From: a virus
Lineage: Duplodnaviria; Heunggongvirae; Uroviricota; Caudoviricetes
Direction: 5' to 3' (one strand)
DNA: 49,846 nt
IMG/VR virus record: IMGVR_UViG_2529293147_000015
The notes under the pieces were generated by a model. The model ran no database searches and was not told where the DNA came from. It worked only from the letters and a program-made list of their open reading frames with translations. Shown here piece by piece: positions 29,958 to 40,116 of the stretch (positions are counted from its first letter, which is position 1; each line of letters starts with the position of its first letter). A program made the position numbers and the translations under genes.

Positions 29958-30332
29958 TCAGTCCATGTCCAGCTTGATATCAAGCATCATCAACATGCCG
30001 TCAACTATCCCTTCAGCCTTTTGCAACAAACGGCCAACCCAGCAATCCGAACGACCATGCTTTCGTGCTAGCGCCATAAACGTCATGCCCGCCACGTAAT
30101 AATCTACCAGCAAATCGTGTAATTCTTTGTTGTTCTTATTCAACCGGGCCATACAGCCACAAATGATCATTGCGTCATCGTCGGAACATTGCGGACGCGA
30201 TTTAACTTTCGACGGTATTAATCCTTTAAAGCCAGCAGCAATCGATGGCCATGTGACATCCTCATGATTATTTGCCACCCACGCTCCCCAACGCTCAAGA
30301 ACCATCTGAATATCACGTGCCATCGTTACCAC
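29958..30332 (-). CDS. Q: Late-gene antiterminator Q
   Basis: 124-aa [31 protein letters not shown]... with Cys/His cluster, typical of Q-family proteins of E. coli prophages. Confidence 0.75.
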   Translation of the reverse strand: MVTMARDIQMVLERWGAWVANNHEDVTWPSIAAGFKGLIPSKVKSRPQCSDDDAMIICGCMARLNKNNKELHDLLVDYYVAGMTFMALARKHGRSDCWVGRLLQKAEGIVDGMLMMLDIKLDMD

Positions 30333-30684
30333 CTGTAATTTCGTAAATCTTCACGCCCAGCCGACCACCAGGTACAAGCTGACTGCGCACAATATTAATT
30401 TCATCAAACTGCTCGTCGTCGATAAGCAGTCCCGCATGTGTCAGTGCATCCAGTGGCGCTTTCAGGATATTGTCCAGGTCACGACGGCGCTTATCCGGTG
30501 GCTCCACAATAATCCTGATCGCCAGCCTTCCGGACAGATTTAATTTCAGTCGCTGCTGGCGAACAATGAGCGCCACATCACGGCGATAACGCTCACCGGC
30601 TTTTGATACAAAATATGTACTGCCACGACGTCGCCAGTAGGTGTTCACCGTTGGCGGGTAAGGCAAAACAAACTCTATACGCAT
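30313..30684 (-). CDS. rusA: Holliday junction resolvase RusA
   Basis: RRRDLDN catalytic motif, ~123 aa. Confidence 0.85.
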   Translation of the reverse strand: MRIEFVLPYPPTVNTYWRRRGSTYFVSKAGERYRRDVALIVRQQRLKLNLSGRLAIRIIVEPPDKRRRDLDNILKAPLDALTHAGLLIDDEQFDEINIVRSQLVPGGRLGVKIYEITGGNDGT

Positions 30685-30696
30685 CAGTAACCTCTT

Positions 30697-31746
30697 TTAC
30701 CCGAGCACGCCGGTTGCAAAGGCGTGATCAAGAAAACGAAAAATTAAATCAATCTGGGAACCATGCTTTTCTTCAAATGCCAGCGGATCAGCATGAAGTT
30801 CATTGTGATGCTCCCGGCACAGCGGTAGCGTGAAAATATCGTGGGCTTTTGTCCCCATCCCTCCCTGACCGTGACCAATCAGGTGATGGGGATCGTCGGC
30901 TGGCTTACCACAACATGCACACGGCTGTGTCTTAACCCAGCGCGTGTACTTTTCGTTAACCCAGCGGCGACGTTTAGGTCGCTTCATGAAAGATTCAGGA
31001 GACTCCGGATCAACGGCAATGCTGACCACCGTCTTTTCCTGTGGTGGGTTCTGTTGCTGGTGGGCGTGAGGCGGTAGCACAATATTTTTTGTGCGCTGCT
31101 TCAGTATGCTGGTGGCTGTCTGCTCTCCCGGTATGATGTCGCTTTCACGGTACACAGAGCGGATTTTTTCCGCACGTAACCCCAGAGAACGACGTAATAC
31201 TGCCTCCGGAAGCGCGTCCGCCACCTGATTGCGGACCGCCCACCAGGATAATTCAGCCAGCGATAATTCCCGCTCCTGCGTGCCATTCACTGCATGGCGT
31301 ATGACGTCAATCATCCATGCTGACAGGTTTTGATGAGCAAGTTGCCCGAGTGATTCGGATGTCTGGTCACGCAGCTGGTTGTCGCAGTGCCAGCACAGCA
31401 CCATCGCGCCGGTACCGTAACGATGTATGACGGTTTCACTGTGATGGTAGTCACCATGAGGCCACTGGCAGGATTTAACATGACGCAGGAGCCAGTCAGA
31501 CAGTGCACCAGCGCCGCCGGCAGCACGAATCACCCGCTCATCGCTGAAAAATGGCAGCAGAGATTTGTCTTCCGCCAGCGGCTGGCGAACGGCAGGAACG
31601 ACCCCGGACGGCAGACCGCGCATGCTTTTTGGCTCCGGTTCAACCAGCACTCTGCCGTTATGGAATACCTGCATGGATTCACGACCTGGCTTAACGATAA
31701 CCACCCCAAGTTCCGGCACCAGAACAGGTCGAAGTAATACCCGCAC
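30697..31746 (-). CDS. NinG/DUF968-like phage protein with C-terminal Cys/His (HNH-like) motif
   Basis: C-terminal ...CACCGKPADDPHHLIGHGQGGMGTKAHDIFTLPLCREHHNELH; located in the nin region beside rusA. Confidence 0.55.
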   Translation of the reverse strand: MRVLLRPVLVPELGVVIVKPGRESMQVFHNGRVLVEPEPKSMRGLPSGVVPAVRQPLAEDKSLLPFFSDERVIRAAGGAGALSDWLLRHVKSCQWPHGDYHHSETVIHRYGTGAMVLCWHCDNQLRDQTSESLGQLAHQNLSAWMIDVIRHAVNGTQERELSLAELSWWAVRNQVADALPEAVLRRSLGLRAEKIRSVYRESDIIPGEQTATSILKQRTKNIVLPPHAHQQQNPPQEKTVVSIAVDPESPESFMKRPKRRRWVNEKYTRWVKTQPCACCGKPADDPHHLIGHGQGGMGTKAHDIFTLPLCREHHNELHADPLAFEEKHGSQIDLIFRFLDHAFATGVLG

Positions 31747-31747
31747 G

Positions 31748-32149
31748 TTACCTCCAGATGCGTTGCTGGAATGTGCGGGACGGACGCGGTGGGCGTTCGG
31801 AATAAGGGAGTCTGACGTAGATTATCCAGTGACGATAATCGAGGCTGAGGGCTTTCCTAAACTCATACCCACGTCTGCGGTAGTTATGAATCAGCCATTC
31901 GGCCTGTTCTTCAGTGCAGGGGTCGTGCTGATACCAGTCATATTTGAATGCGTGCGAACACCGCCCGTGCCTGCTGGCACGAACGGTATCAGAATTGTGT
32001 AATTTGGTCTTGTGCGCCATCTGTTTTCTCTGCTGGCGCAGCAGGTGCCAGTTGTTCAGGCTGGCATGTGGATTGTAAACCAGGATGCTCAGAAAAAACA
32101 AAACCCGCCGAAGCGGGTTAAGTGCGGGTGCATTGAGGATGCCTGACAC
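31748..32149 (-). CDS. Hypothetical nin-region protein (start uncertain)
   Basis: ORF with Cys/His-rich basic C-terminal part; 1-nt gap to the downstream gene. Confidence 0.4.
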   Translation of the reverse strand: MSGILNAPALNPLRRVLFFLSILVYNPHASLNNWHLLRQQRKQMAHKTKLHNSDTVRASRHGRCSHAFKYDWYQHDPCTEEQAEWLIHNYRRRGYEFRKALSLDYRHWIIYVRLPYSERPPRPSRTFQQRIWR

Positions 32150-32193
32150 ATCAGAGGTGGCGAGGGATTTCTCCCCCGCCAGGTCTCTTACTC

Positions 32194-32343
32194 CTCAGGT
32201 TCGTAAGCTGTGAAGACAGCGACCTCCGTCTGGCCGGTTCGGATTCGTACCTCGCAGAGGTCTTTCCTCGTTACCAGTGCCGTCACTATGACGGTTAAAC
32301 AGATGACGATCAGGGCGATTAACATCGCCTTTCGCTGCTTCAT
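32194..32343 (-). pseudogene. hok/gef-family type I toxin, C-terminus frameshifted by a 1-nt insertion
   Basis: Reads MKQRKAMLIALIVICLTVIVTALVTRKDLCEVRIRTGQTEV then RCLHSLRT*; removing one C near 32220 restores the canonical ...VAVFTAYEPEE* ending; small upstream ORF (32340..32399) whose stop overlaps the hok ATG. Confidence 0.6.
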
Positions 32344-33062
32344 AGCCCGCTTCTCCTTGACCTTTCGGTCCGTAAGAGGCTAATCTCTATGTGTCGCATA
32401 GATATGGCCTCAGATTAATGTTAAGCGTCTTGCAGGACGCGTAATGTTAACTGGGGCTTTTCTCTATCTGCCTTTGGTGTTCATGCCTGAGGCAGATAGC
32501 CTCAAGCACCCGCAGCAATTCTACTTAACTCCCGTCACCTCGCCAATATAAAATCAATCAGAAAGGCGATCCATAAGAACAACAGCAAGACAATAAATTG
32601 CCATTACAGCCGCAATAGCTAGCGCACATTTGAGAACCAGCACGACAACCTCCTGTATTGGACGTACACCAGTTCTGATAAATATGAGGCTGTCTCATCA
32701 TTGATTCAATATAACTATTGGGTATAGTTTCTGTGATTTTGTTCTGTAGAAATGGAACACAACAACCAGTCACCACCAGCACTTCTTTAAATACGCCAAG
32801 TCCGACGCAAGCTAACCTTCTAGTCCGCTTTGAGCGAGGAGCGGACCAAACCCGGCCAACTGACTCTTAAAGGGGCCGCAGGAATTTTTCGTCTGAACTT
32901 TCGAAGCTCCTCTCCCTGAAGACAGAAAACTTCTGTGTGCTGTGGGAATATTGAATCTTTGCATTAGATATAAATAATTTTATCCCGCCTGAAGTTTACA
33001 TTATTTTATTTATCTGTTTTTCTAAATCAGACTGCACTCCTTACTTAAATCAGGAGCCAGTC

Positions 33063-34262
33063 ATGCCATTTGTTATTTATGTGTTTACTATCAGTGCCTT
33101 TGCGCTCGGACTCGCGGAATTTGTCCCCATTGGGCTGACAGACGTTATGGCTCAGGGGTTGTGTGTGGGTGTGGAGCAGACCGGGGCAGCGGTTACAACC
33201 TATGCACTGGGGGCAACGTTCGCGGCACCCGTACTGTCTGCGCTGACAGCAAGCTGGAGCCGGAAAAATGTAATGCTTACAACTGCCGTTGTGTTTACTG
33301 CCGGTAGTCTGGCGGCCGCGTTTGCAGCCACATTACCTCAGCTCCTGTTAGCGCGGTTCATTGCTGGTCTGGGACACGGCCTGTTTCTGGCTGCGGCATC
33401 CAGTACCGCAGCTCGTCTTGCTGGACCGGGTAAAGCAGGCAGAGCGGTGGCTGTGGTATTTGGTGGCTTTACTCTGGCGATGGCAATCGGCGTACCGCTG
33501 AGTACATGGTTGGGGGGGGTGGTCTCATGGCGTCCAGTTCTCGGCGCTATTGCCGCTTTTGGCGCGTTCGGATTCCTTGGACTGTTGTTCGGTATGAAAG
33601 ATCCCGTACGCAGCGTGCCCGGTGAACATAGTGACTCAGCAATGCAGAATATCGGCATGCTGTTTAACCGTAAGTTGCTGGCCGGCGCGCTGGTTACGGT
33701 GCTGGCGTATGCAGGCTCGTTTACGGCTTACACCTTTATCGCACCTATTCTGACGCAGGTGACAGGGGTTACCGGAGCAACGGTGAGTCTGTTTATGCTG
33801 GTTTACGGTATTACAGCTGCGGTAGGTAATATTCTTGGTGGGAAACTTACCGACAGCATGGGGGTTAATCGTGCCAATATACTCATCATTAGCGGCATTG
33901 TTGTTGTCGTGCTTGGTATGTGGCTGCTGTCATCCTCACCGGTGAGCATGGGCATTCTGGTTGCGCTGCTGGGTATGGTGACATTTGCCGCAGTGCCGGC
34001 ACTGCAGGCCCGTCTGATTGGTGTCGCTGAGCAACATGCTCCTCATGCGCATGGTGTTGCTGCCGGCCTGAATATTGCGGGCTTCAACTCAGGTATAGCG
34101 CTGGGATCAGTACTGGGCAGCATTACTATAAGCCACGCCGGTATCGTGTATACCGGTATCAGCGGTGCGATTGTTTCTCTGCTCGGCCTGCTGTTGCTGC
34201 TTGCACAAATCCGTCGCAGCCACAGTCGTAAATTTCAACAGGTTAAAATCGTAGGCCAGTAA
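33063..34262 (+). CDS. MFS transporter (12-TM efflux type)
   Basis: 399-aa polytopic membrane protein with characteristic Gly-rich TM helices. Confidence 0.8.
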   Translation: MPFVIYVFTISAFALGLAEFVPIGLTDVMAQGLCVGVEQTGAAVTTYALGATFAAPVLSALTASWSRKNVMLTTAVVFTAGSLAAAFAATLPQLLLARFIAGLGHGLFLAAASSTAARLAGPGKAGRAVAVVFGGFTLAMAIGVPLSTWLGGVVSWRPVLGAIAAFGAFGFLGLLFGMKDPVRSVPGEHSDSAMQNIGMLFNRKLLAGALVTVLAYAGSFTAYTFIAPILTQVTGVTGATVSLFMLVYGITAAVGNILGGKLTDSMGVNRANILIISGIVVVVLGMWLLSSSPVSMGILVALLGMVTFAAVPALQARLIGVAEQHAPHAHGVAAGLNIAGFNSGIALGSVLGSITISHAGIVYTGISGAIVSLLGLLLLLAQIRRSHSRKFQQVKIVGQ

Positions 34263-34273
34263 AGGGAGGTTAT

Positions 34274-34966
34274 ATGCTTACCCGTGAAAATATGCTTAAT
34301 GGCACATTTGTCAGGGTGCATGAAGCGCTGCTCCCGGCGAATATGCTCTGGGACGCTGAAAAAATACGCGCATCAATGAACTCTACTCTGGAGGAGCGCC
34401 CGACGGGTGCTCCTTTCTGGATATTTGCCTACGGGTCATTGATGTGGAATCCCGTGCTGGCAATTGAAGAAATGCAACGGGCCCGTCTGAAAGGATGGCA
34501 GCGCAGTTTCTGCATTCGTTTGATATCCGGACGAGCGACTCCTGATGTCCCCGGCAGGATGTTATCGCTCGACGAAGGTGGAATTACCGAAGGGATTGCG
34601 TTCAGACTGCCGGAATCGACTCTTATTAATGAGCTGGAAATTGTCTGGACGCGCGAGATGATAACCGGTCTTTACCGTCCGGTCTGGGCAGACGTTTCGC
34701 TAGGAAACGGTGAGGAAATTCAGGCGCTGGCTTTCGTATCAGACAGACTGCATCCGCATTATGAACAGGACAATCTTACAGCGACCGTAGCATTGAGCAT
34801 CGCATCTGCCCGTGGAGACATTGGCACGAATGCAGATTATGTATGGAAACTGCAGGCCACTCTGGGTGCGTTGGGAATACGGGATGATTACGTGAGTGAA
34901 CTGGCCCTTGCTCTGCATGAGGCTCCCTGTAACGATAAACTTCATCAGCGAGGCGCTTCACTATGA
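34274..34966 (+). CDS. ChaC-like gamma-glutamylcyclotransferase family protein
   Basis: FWIFAYGSLMWNP motif and ...LWTREMITG... Confidence 0.75.
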   Translation: MLTRENMLNGTFVRVHEALLPANMLWDAEKIRASMNSTLEERPTGAPFWIFAYGSLMWNPVLAIEEMQRARLKGWQRSFCIRLISGRATPDVPGRMLSLDEGGITEGIAFRLPESTLINELEIVWTREMITGLYRPVWADVSLGNGEEIQALAFVSDRLHPHYEQDNLTATVALSIASARGDIGTNADYVWKLQATLGALGIRDDYVSELALALHEAPCNDKLHQRGASL

Positions 34967-35844
34967 GCCATCTGAGCCATCTGCGAACGTTTCTTGAGGC
35001 CTATCGCTCTGGCTCCTTTTCAAAGGCGGCAGAACTACTGGGCATCACTCAGCCCGCGGCGTCACAGCATATCCAGTCTCTTGAGACTCTGGTTGGTAAG
35101 CGTCTGTTTATCAGGCAGGCCAGAGGCGTGACGGCAACCGAAGCTGCGGATGAGCTTGCCCGCTCAGTTTCACCCTTCATTGATGGTCTGGAAGAAAAGC
35201 TGTCCTCTTTCCGGTCAGGCTCTGTACACGGGGGAACAATTAATCTGGCAGGACCGCCAGATTTTATTCATTCCCGGCTTGGGACAGTAATGGCTCCACT
35301 AATGAAGGAGGGGTATCGCTTACGCTTTCATACCGGCAATAAGCAACGTATTTATTCCCTTTTGCATGACGGGAGCGCCGATCTCGCTGTTACCGCATCT
35401 ATGCCTGATGACCGTCTGTACGGCTATGCACATCTACTGACTGAACGCATGCTCCTTGTTCATGCTCCCGCCATGTCAGAGATCATCGGATCAGAACCTG
35501 GTGCTGAAACGCTTGCCTCATTACCGCTGATTGCTTATGACGAAGAGTTGCCACTGATTAGAGCGCTCTGGGCCTCCATGTTTCAGAGAGCCCCTGAGAT
35601 GCAGGCTACATTCACCATTCCGGATTTACGTATTATCCGCGACTTGGTCTGTGACGGCCACGGGTGGACAGTGCTGCCGGATTATCACTGTGACAATGAC
35701 CTGAAAAGTGGTCGCCTGATTTCAGTGACCCCTGCAGACCTCGCTCCGACTAATCATCTTTATCTGGTCTGGAACAAAAGGACGGCTAATAACAGCCGAA
35801 CCGCCTATGTTCGGGATTACATTCTTAAAACGTTTCCGCGTTGA
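34963..35844 (+). CDS. LysR-family transcriptional regulator
   Basis: N-terminal HTH (LRTFLEAYRSGSFSKAAELLGITQPAASQHIQSLE) plus substrate-binding domain; start overlaps the ChaC-like stop. Confidence 0.85.
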   Translation: MSHLSHLRTFLEAYRSGSFSKAAELLGITQPAASQHIQSLETLVGKRLFIRQARGVTATEAADELARSVSPFIDGLEEKLSSFRSGSVHGGTINLAGPPDFIHSRLGTVMAPLMKEGYRLRFHTGNKQRIYSLLHDGSADLAVTASMPDDRLYGYAHLLTERMLLVHAPAMSEIIGSEPGAETLASLPLIAYDEELPLIRALWASMFQRAPEMQATFTIPDLRIIRDLVCDGHGWTVLPDYHCDNDLKSGRLISVTPADLAPTNHLYLVWNKRTANNSRTAYVRDYILKTFPR

Positions 35845-35888
35845 TGTTTGAAACGGATGATTGGCGATGCGTATCATAAGTTACGTAT

Positions 35889-35918
35889 GTCCGCTTCTGG
35901 CACAAAGCAGACGCCCAC
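35889..35918. repeat. Direct repeat copy 1 (GTCCGCTTCTGGCACAAAGCAGACGCCCAC)
   Basis: ~30-bp imperfect direct repeat of 39562..39591; the pair brackets the DUF2254 and BCCT genes. Confidence 0.5.
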
Positions 35919-35974
35919 TCTCACGCGAATGCTTTGCCCTTGACTTGCCAACAACCGTATCGCTTGCTCCGCAA

Positions 35975-37267
35975 CTATGGTTTTTTATTAGAACCTTCGC
36001 CACTAAATAAATTATAATAAATTGATTTTATTAGATATCTGTCAGAATCTATATGGTCAGCACGAGTAGCATGCTCTAATGTTTCAAATGCTAGGGTTTG
36101 TGCGGCTTCAGCAAAAATTCCAGGCCAACCCTTACTCAGCATCGACAGTCCTTTAAGTACCCTTATCTGAATTTCCCTCATACTGGCACCATCGCGCGCA
36201 ACAGGTGAGAAAAAGTCTTCAAGTAGATCGTTATTCTGAAGTGGTGCAACATGTACAGAAGGATATTTCACTTCTATTTCATCAGATTTATTCTGCGCGT
36301 AAGCGGAAAGTATACGTACACCTCTGCCAATGACATCAATGGCGGTTCCAGGATCGTTCACTGCGGGGGAAAGGGCTCGGCAGGCTATTTCGGCCATGAC
36401 GCTAAGACAAAATCGGGGGTCCTGAGCAAATGAACGTACATCCGAGACAATAATCGTCTCAAGTAAATCGGTGCTGATTGATGACTCCTGGCCCTGACTC
36501 AGGTACAAAACTGGCGTGGACGGATGTATGAAACTGCCCGGCTGCGCCACGAGGTATACATGACGGGGATCATTGGTCAGCAGCTTGCTGAGTTTCACCA
36601 TATCAACATATTCAACATAGCCAATCTTTTTCGGATAAACTGCAACCGTTCCTTTCGGCTGTTCATTGTTCTCAAGCCAAGGATATCCGCCGAGACAGGG
36701 ATTTCTTGCTCTCGCAATAAATGTTTCGATGGCCGCCTGTTCTACTTTTGCCGTTGTCTCACCAACCCTCCCCAGAGAGGTCAAATGCTGTATCCAGCGA
36801 AGCAATGTGATGAGGATTAAGGCAATGACAACCAGTGTTACAATGAATAAAATGACTCTCCCCCTTTCTCCATAAGCTCCCATATTGAGGGCAATAATCC
36901 CTACCAGACTGAAGAGAAAAGAACCGATGAAGGTGGCCAGTACATTTTGTGTGGTGACGTCTTCAACAACTAAACGAGTAGCTCTGGGAGTCACATTAGT
37001 AGTGGCTGAACCGTAGGCTGTGACCATGATGCTCAGCGAAAATGTGGTCACTGCCAGCATACTCGATGCCAGTATGTTCAGAATGTTATCGACTGCTTCC
37101 GCACCAACCTTCACGGAAACCGACTCAGGTATCATTGATTTAAAAAGAATTGATAAAAGGGCCGTTATTATTGCGACAATTGCGAATAACGTTGCCCTGA
37201 ACCATAGTTTTTTAAATGTCTGCTTCAGCATCCATTTCCAGCGTGAAATCATTCTGCATTCCCTCAT
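35975..37267 (-). CDS. DUF2254-type integral membrane protein
   Basis: 430-aa ORF with N-terminal TM bundle and soluble C-terminal domain. Confidence 0.6.
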   Translation of the reverse strand: MRECRMISRWKWMLKQTFKKLWFRATLFAIVAIITALLSILFKSMIPESVSVKVGAEAVDNILNILASSMLAVTTFSLSIMVTAYGSATTNVTPRATRLVVEDVTTQNVLATFIGSFLFSLVGIIALNMGAYGERGRVILFIVTLVVIALILITLLRWIQHLTSLGRVGETTAKVEQAAIETFIARARNPCLGGYPWLENNEQPKGTVAVYPKKIGYVEYVDMVKLSKLLTNDPRHVYLVAQPGSFIHPSTPVLYLSQGQESSISTDLLETIIVSDVRSFAQDPRFCLSVMAEIACRALSPAVNDPGTAIDVIGRGVRILSAYAQNKSDEIEVKYPSVHVAPLQNNDLLEDFFSPVARDGASMREIQIRVLKGLSMLSKGWPGIFAEAAQTLAFETLEHATRADHIDSDRYLIKSIYYNLFSGEGSNKKP

Positions 37268-37315
37268 ATTGCAGCCGGGATAAATAAATGCCGCCTCTGT
37301 GGCGGCATGTTGCTG

Positions 37316-39319
37316 TTAACGAACCAGATGCAGGAAGTGCAGGTGTTTTTCGTACTGGTCCAGTATGTCATTAATCAGCTGTTCCTGATTCCAGCCCATT
37401 ACATCATAATTTTGGCCGCCCTCTTTGAGATAGACTTCAGCGCGATAATATCGATGTTGTTCACTCTGCTGCTCATCATTATCCAGCGCAGCGAGCGCGA
37501 AGGTCGGTGAGTTATACCCGCGAAGCCTCACTTCATATATATAATTCAGCTCGTTGCCCAAATCGACTTCAAGGCGAATACGATCCTCGGCGGCGTCACT
37601 GATGTGGCTTATCGTTCCCTGCTTGTTAAGTTCCTCCTGAACCAGCGTCATGGCGGGTTGGATAATGTCGTCCATAAAACGTTTCACAAGAGAGCGCTTC
37701 GGCAAATACGCGATATTGCGTAACCTTCTCTGCCAGGGAATTGGGTTACGTGCAGCCGTAGGAGCAATAGTCGCCATGCTAAGGCTTTCACGCTTGGTCA
37801 AATCCCGACGCAGGGCTTTTAACAGTCCGTATATGGATATTAATAAGATAACTGAGAAGGGCAATGCACTCGCTATCGTTACGGTTTGCAACGCACTCAG
37901 CCCCCCTGCGATCAGCAGGGCAATAGCAACAACGCCCATGAGCGATGCCCAGAAAATTCGCTGCCAGACGGGCGTGTTTGCCACCCCACCTGATGCCAGA
38001 GTATCCACAACCATTGCCCCCGAATCAGCAGACGTTACAAAGAAGACGATGACCATCGCCATTGCAATGAATGACAGCACGGAAGAGAACGGGAAATGCT
38101 CCAGGAAATTAAACAGGGCAAGCGCAACATCCTGCTGAACGGTATTGGCGAGGTCAGTGGCGCCCTGGTTCATGATGAGATAGATGGCGCTGTTTCCAAA
38201 CACCGTCATCCACATGAGCGTAAAGCCGGCGGGAACAAACAACACGCCAGTCACGAACTCACGAATTGTCCTGCCGCGGGAAACGCGTGCAATGAACATA
38301 CCTACAAACGGCGACCATGAAAGCCACCATCCCCAGTATAATAATGTCCAGCCCCCCAGCCAGTTGCTCGACTTGGGTTCATACGCGTAAAGGTTGAACG
38401 TTTTACTCACCAGTTCCGACAGATAACCACCCGTATTTTCCACAAATGACTTCAGCAGAAGCACAGTGGGACCCAGGCACAAGACCAGCGCCAGGAGCAA
38501 CACCGCCAGGCCCAGATTAAGCTCAGACAGGATGCGTATTCCCTTGTCCAGGCCGGACACCACCGAAATCGTCGCTAACCCCGTGATGACCACGATCAAA
38601 ATGACCTGTACCGTTTCATTGATGGGCACGCCGAAAAGATGGTTCAAACCGGCATTCACCTGCAATACACCGTAACCCAGTGATGTTGCAACGCCAAAGA
38701 CAGTGCCTATCACGGCGAAGATATCAACCGCGTGGCCTATAGGCCCGTAAATGCGATCGCCGATAATGGGATAGAGCGCAGAACGCAGCGTTAAAGGCAG
38801 ACCGTGACGGTAACTGAAAAAGGCCAGAATCAGCGCCACGATGGCATAAATTGCCCATGCGTGCAGACCCCAGTGGAAGAACGTCAGGCGCATGGCTTCC
38901 TTCGCTGCCGCAACGGTCTCTGGAGTGCCGACAGGTGGCGAAAGATAATGCATCACAGGTTCGGCAACGCCAAAGAACATCAGGCCGATCCCCATCCCTG
39001 CCGAAAAAAGCATCGCGAACCAGGAGTGGTAGCTGAAATCAGGCTGCGCATGGTCTGGGCCCAGCTTTATATCACCGTAACGTGAGAGTCCAAGGAACGT
39101 GACGCTCAGTAAAATCAGGGCCACAGCAAGTATGTAGAACCAGCTGGCATTCGTGAAGATTTGTTGCTGAAGTAGTTTAAAATTTTTGTCGGCGACATCC
39201 GGGAATACGGCGGCAAAGGCGACAAGAAGGAAAATTAGCAAAGCAGATGTAAAGAATACCGCTTTGTTAATCTGGCTTGTAGACTTCTTTGGGGTTGTAT
39301 CATTTTCACTCATAATCAT
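37316..39319 (-). CDS. BCCT-family (betaine/carnitine/choline) transporter
   Basis: 667 aa; BCCT signature around WTLLYWGWWLSWSPFVGMFIARVSRGRTIREF. Confidence 0.85.
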   Translation of the reverse strand: MIMSENDTTPKKSTSQINKAVFFTSALLIFLLVAFAAVFPDVADKNFKLLQQQIFTNASWFYILAVALILLSVTFLGLSRYGDIKLGPDHAQPDFSYHSWFAMLFSAGMGIGLMFFGVAEPVMHYLSPPVGTPETVAAAKEAMRLTFFHWGLHAWAIYAIVALILAFFSYRHGLPLTLRSALYPIIGDRIYGPIGHAVDIFAVIGTVFGVATSLGYGVLQVNAGLNHLFGVPINETVQVILIVVITGLATISVVSGLDKGIRILSELNLGLAVLLLALVLCLGPTVLLLKSFVENTGGYLSELVSKTFNLYAYEPKSSNWLGGWTLLYWGWWLSWSPFVGMFIARVSRGRTIREFVTGVLFVPAGFTLMWMTVFGNSAIYLIMNQGATDLANTVQQDVALALFNFLEHFPFSSVLSFIAMAMVIVFFVTSADSGAMVVDTLASGGVANTPVWQRIFWASLMGVVAIALLIAGGLSALQTVTIASALPFSVILLISIYGLLKALRRDLTKRESLSMATIAPTAARNPIPWQRRLRNIAYLPKRSLVKRFMDDIIQPAMTLVQEELNKQGTISHISDAAEDRIRLEVDLGNELNYIYEVRLRGYNSPTFALAALDNDEQQSEQHRYYRAEVYLKEGGQNYDVMGWNQEQLINDILDQYEKHLHFLHLVR

Positions 39320-39561
39320 TTATTCCATTAATTAAATCCGCACTGGATAGAAGGTACTACCTCTCACAGAGTAGCAAAGTTCAACTGGCTATGCGGGGTT
39401 AATCGGAATGCATGGTGGAATGAGTGCCGATACAAATCATCCTATATTCTAAGGAGTTTTAAGTTACTCAGCCTGCCAATTACTGGGGCATTTAATTTGT
39501 ATGATCTGTATCAAAGCTGGGATATAAGTTAAGTGAAGTATATTAGGCACGAATTACCAGC

Positions 39562-39591
39562 GTCTGCTCTTGGCACAAAGCGGACAACCAC
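39562..39591. repeat. Direct repeat copy 2 (GTCTGCTCTTGGCACAAAGCGGACAACCAC)
   Basis: Matches 35889..35918 at ~24 of 30 positions. Confidence 0.5.
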
Positions 39592-39653
39592 GCTAGCTCT
39601 ACCCTGTGCCACAAAATGTCAATTTGCATCTGAACTAATGCACTTTAATCTCG

Positions 39654-40076
39654 TCACTTCAATAAATACCGAACATCCCCCTGATAAAACGACAATATGC
39701 GCTGCATAACTTCGCTCTTCCGGCACTCGCGACAGATTATGTTTAGGCGACTGTCGTAGCGACGTATTTCTCCGTCAGGTAATGACCAGATAAGGTCCGG
39801 ATCAACCACAACCGGTTTCTTCAGCTTTGCCCTCGATAATTTTTTGCGGGCATTTTGCCAGTCTTTACGAGCCTGTTCAGACGGGAATAACCCGTAGCCA
39901 GAATTGTATACATCGCCACTGGCAACCAGCTCTCTGGCCAGAACGCTCATCAGATATCTTGTTGCCCCAGTTTTAGCTTCCAGTTGTCGTAACGTCTCGC
40001 GCCCACTCTGGCGTACGAGTTCAAGAACCTGCCCTTTAATTTTTTCCCGCTCTTCTTGTGTAAAAACTTTTGCCAC
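39654..40076 (-). CDS. Hypothetical phage early protein, possibly DNA-binding
   Basis: 140-aa ORF downstream of the replication initiator. Confidence 0.5.
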   Translation of the reverse strand: MAKVFTQEEREKIKGQVLELVRQSGRETLRQLEAKTGATRYLMSVLARELVASGDVYNSGYGLFPSEQARKDWQNARKKLSRAKLKKPVVVDPDLIWSLPDGEIRRYDSRLNIICRECRKSEVMQRILSFYQGDVRYLLK

Positions 40077-40116
40077 AAGCCCTCCTGAAAATTACCTCAT
40101 GACCAGAAATTAACAC

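Noticed and set aside
32558-32782. 74-aa Cys-rich ORF in the hok-to-MFS intergenic region
   Set aside because: Low-complexity translation, no RBS, in an AT-rich spacer
35896-39580. TGGCAC within the direct repeats as a sigma-54 -24 element
   Set aside because: No properly spaced TTGCW -12 element follows either copy
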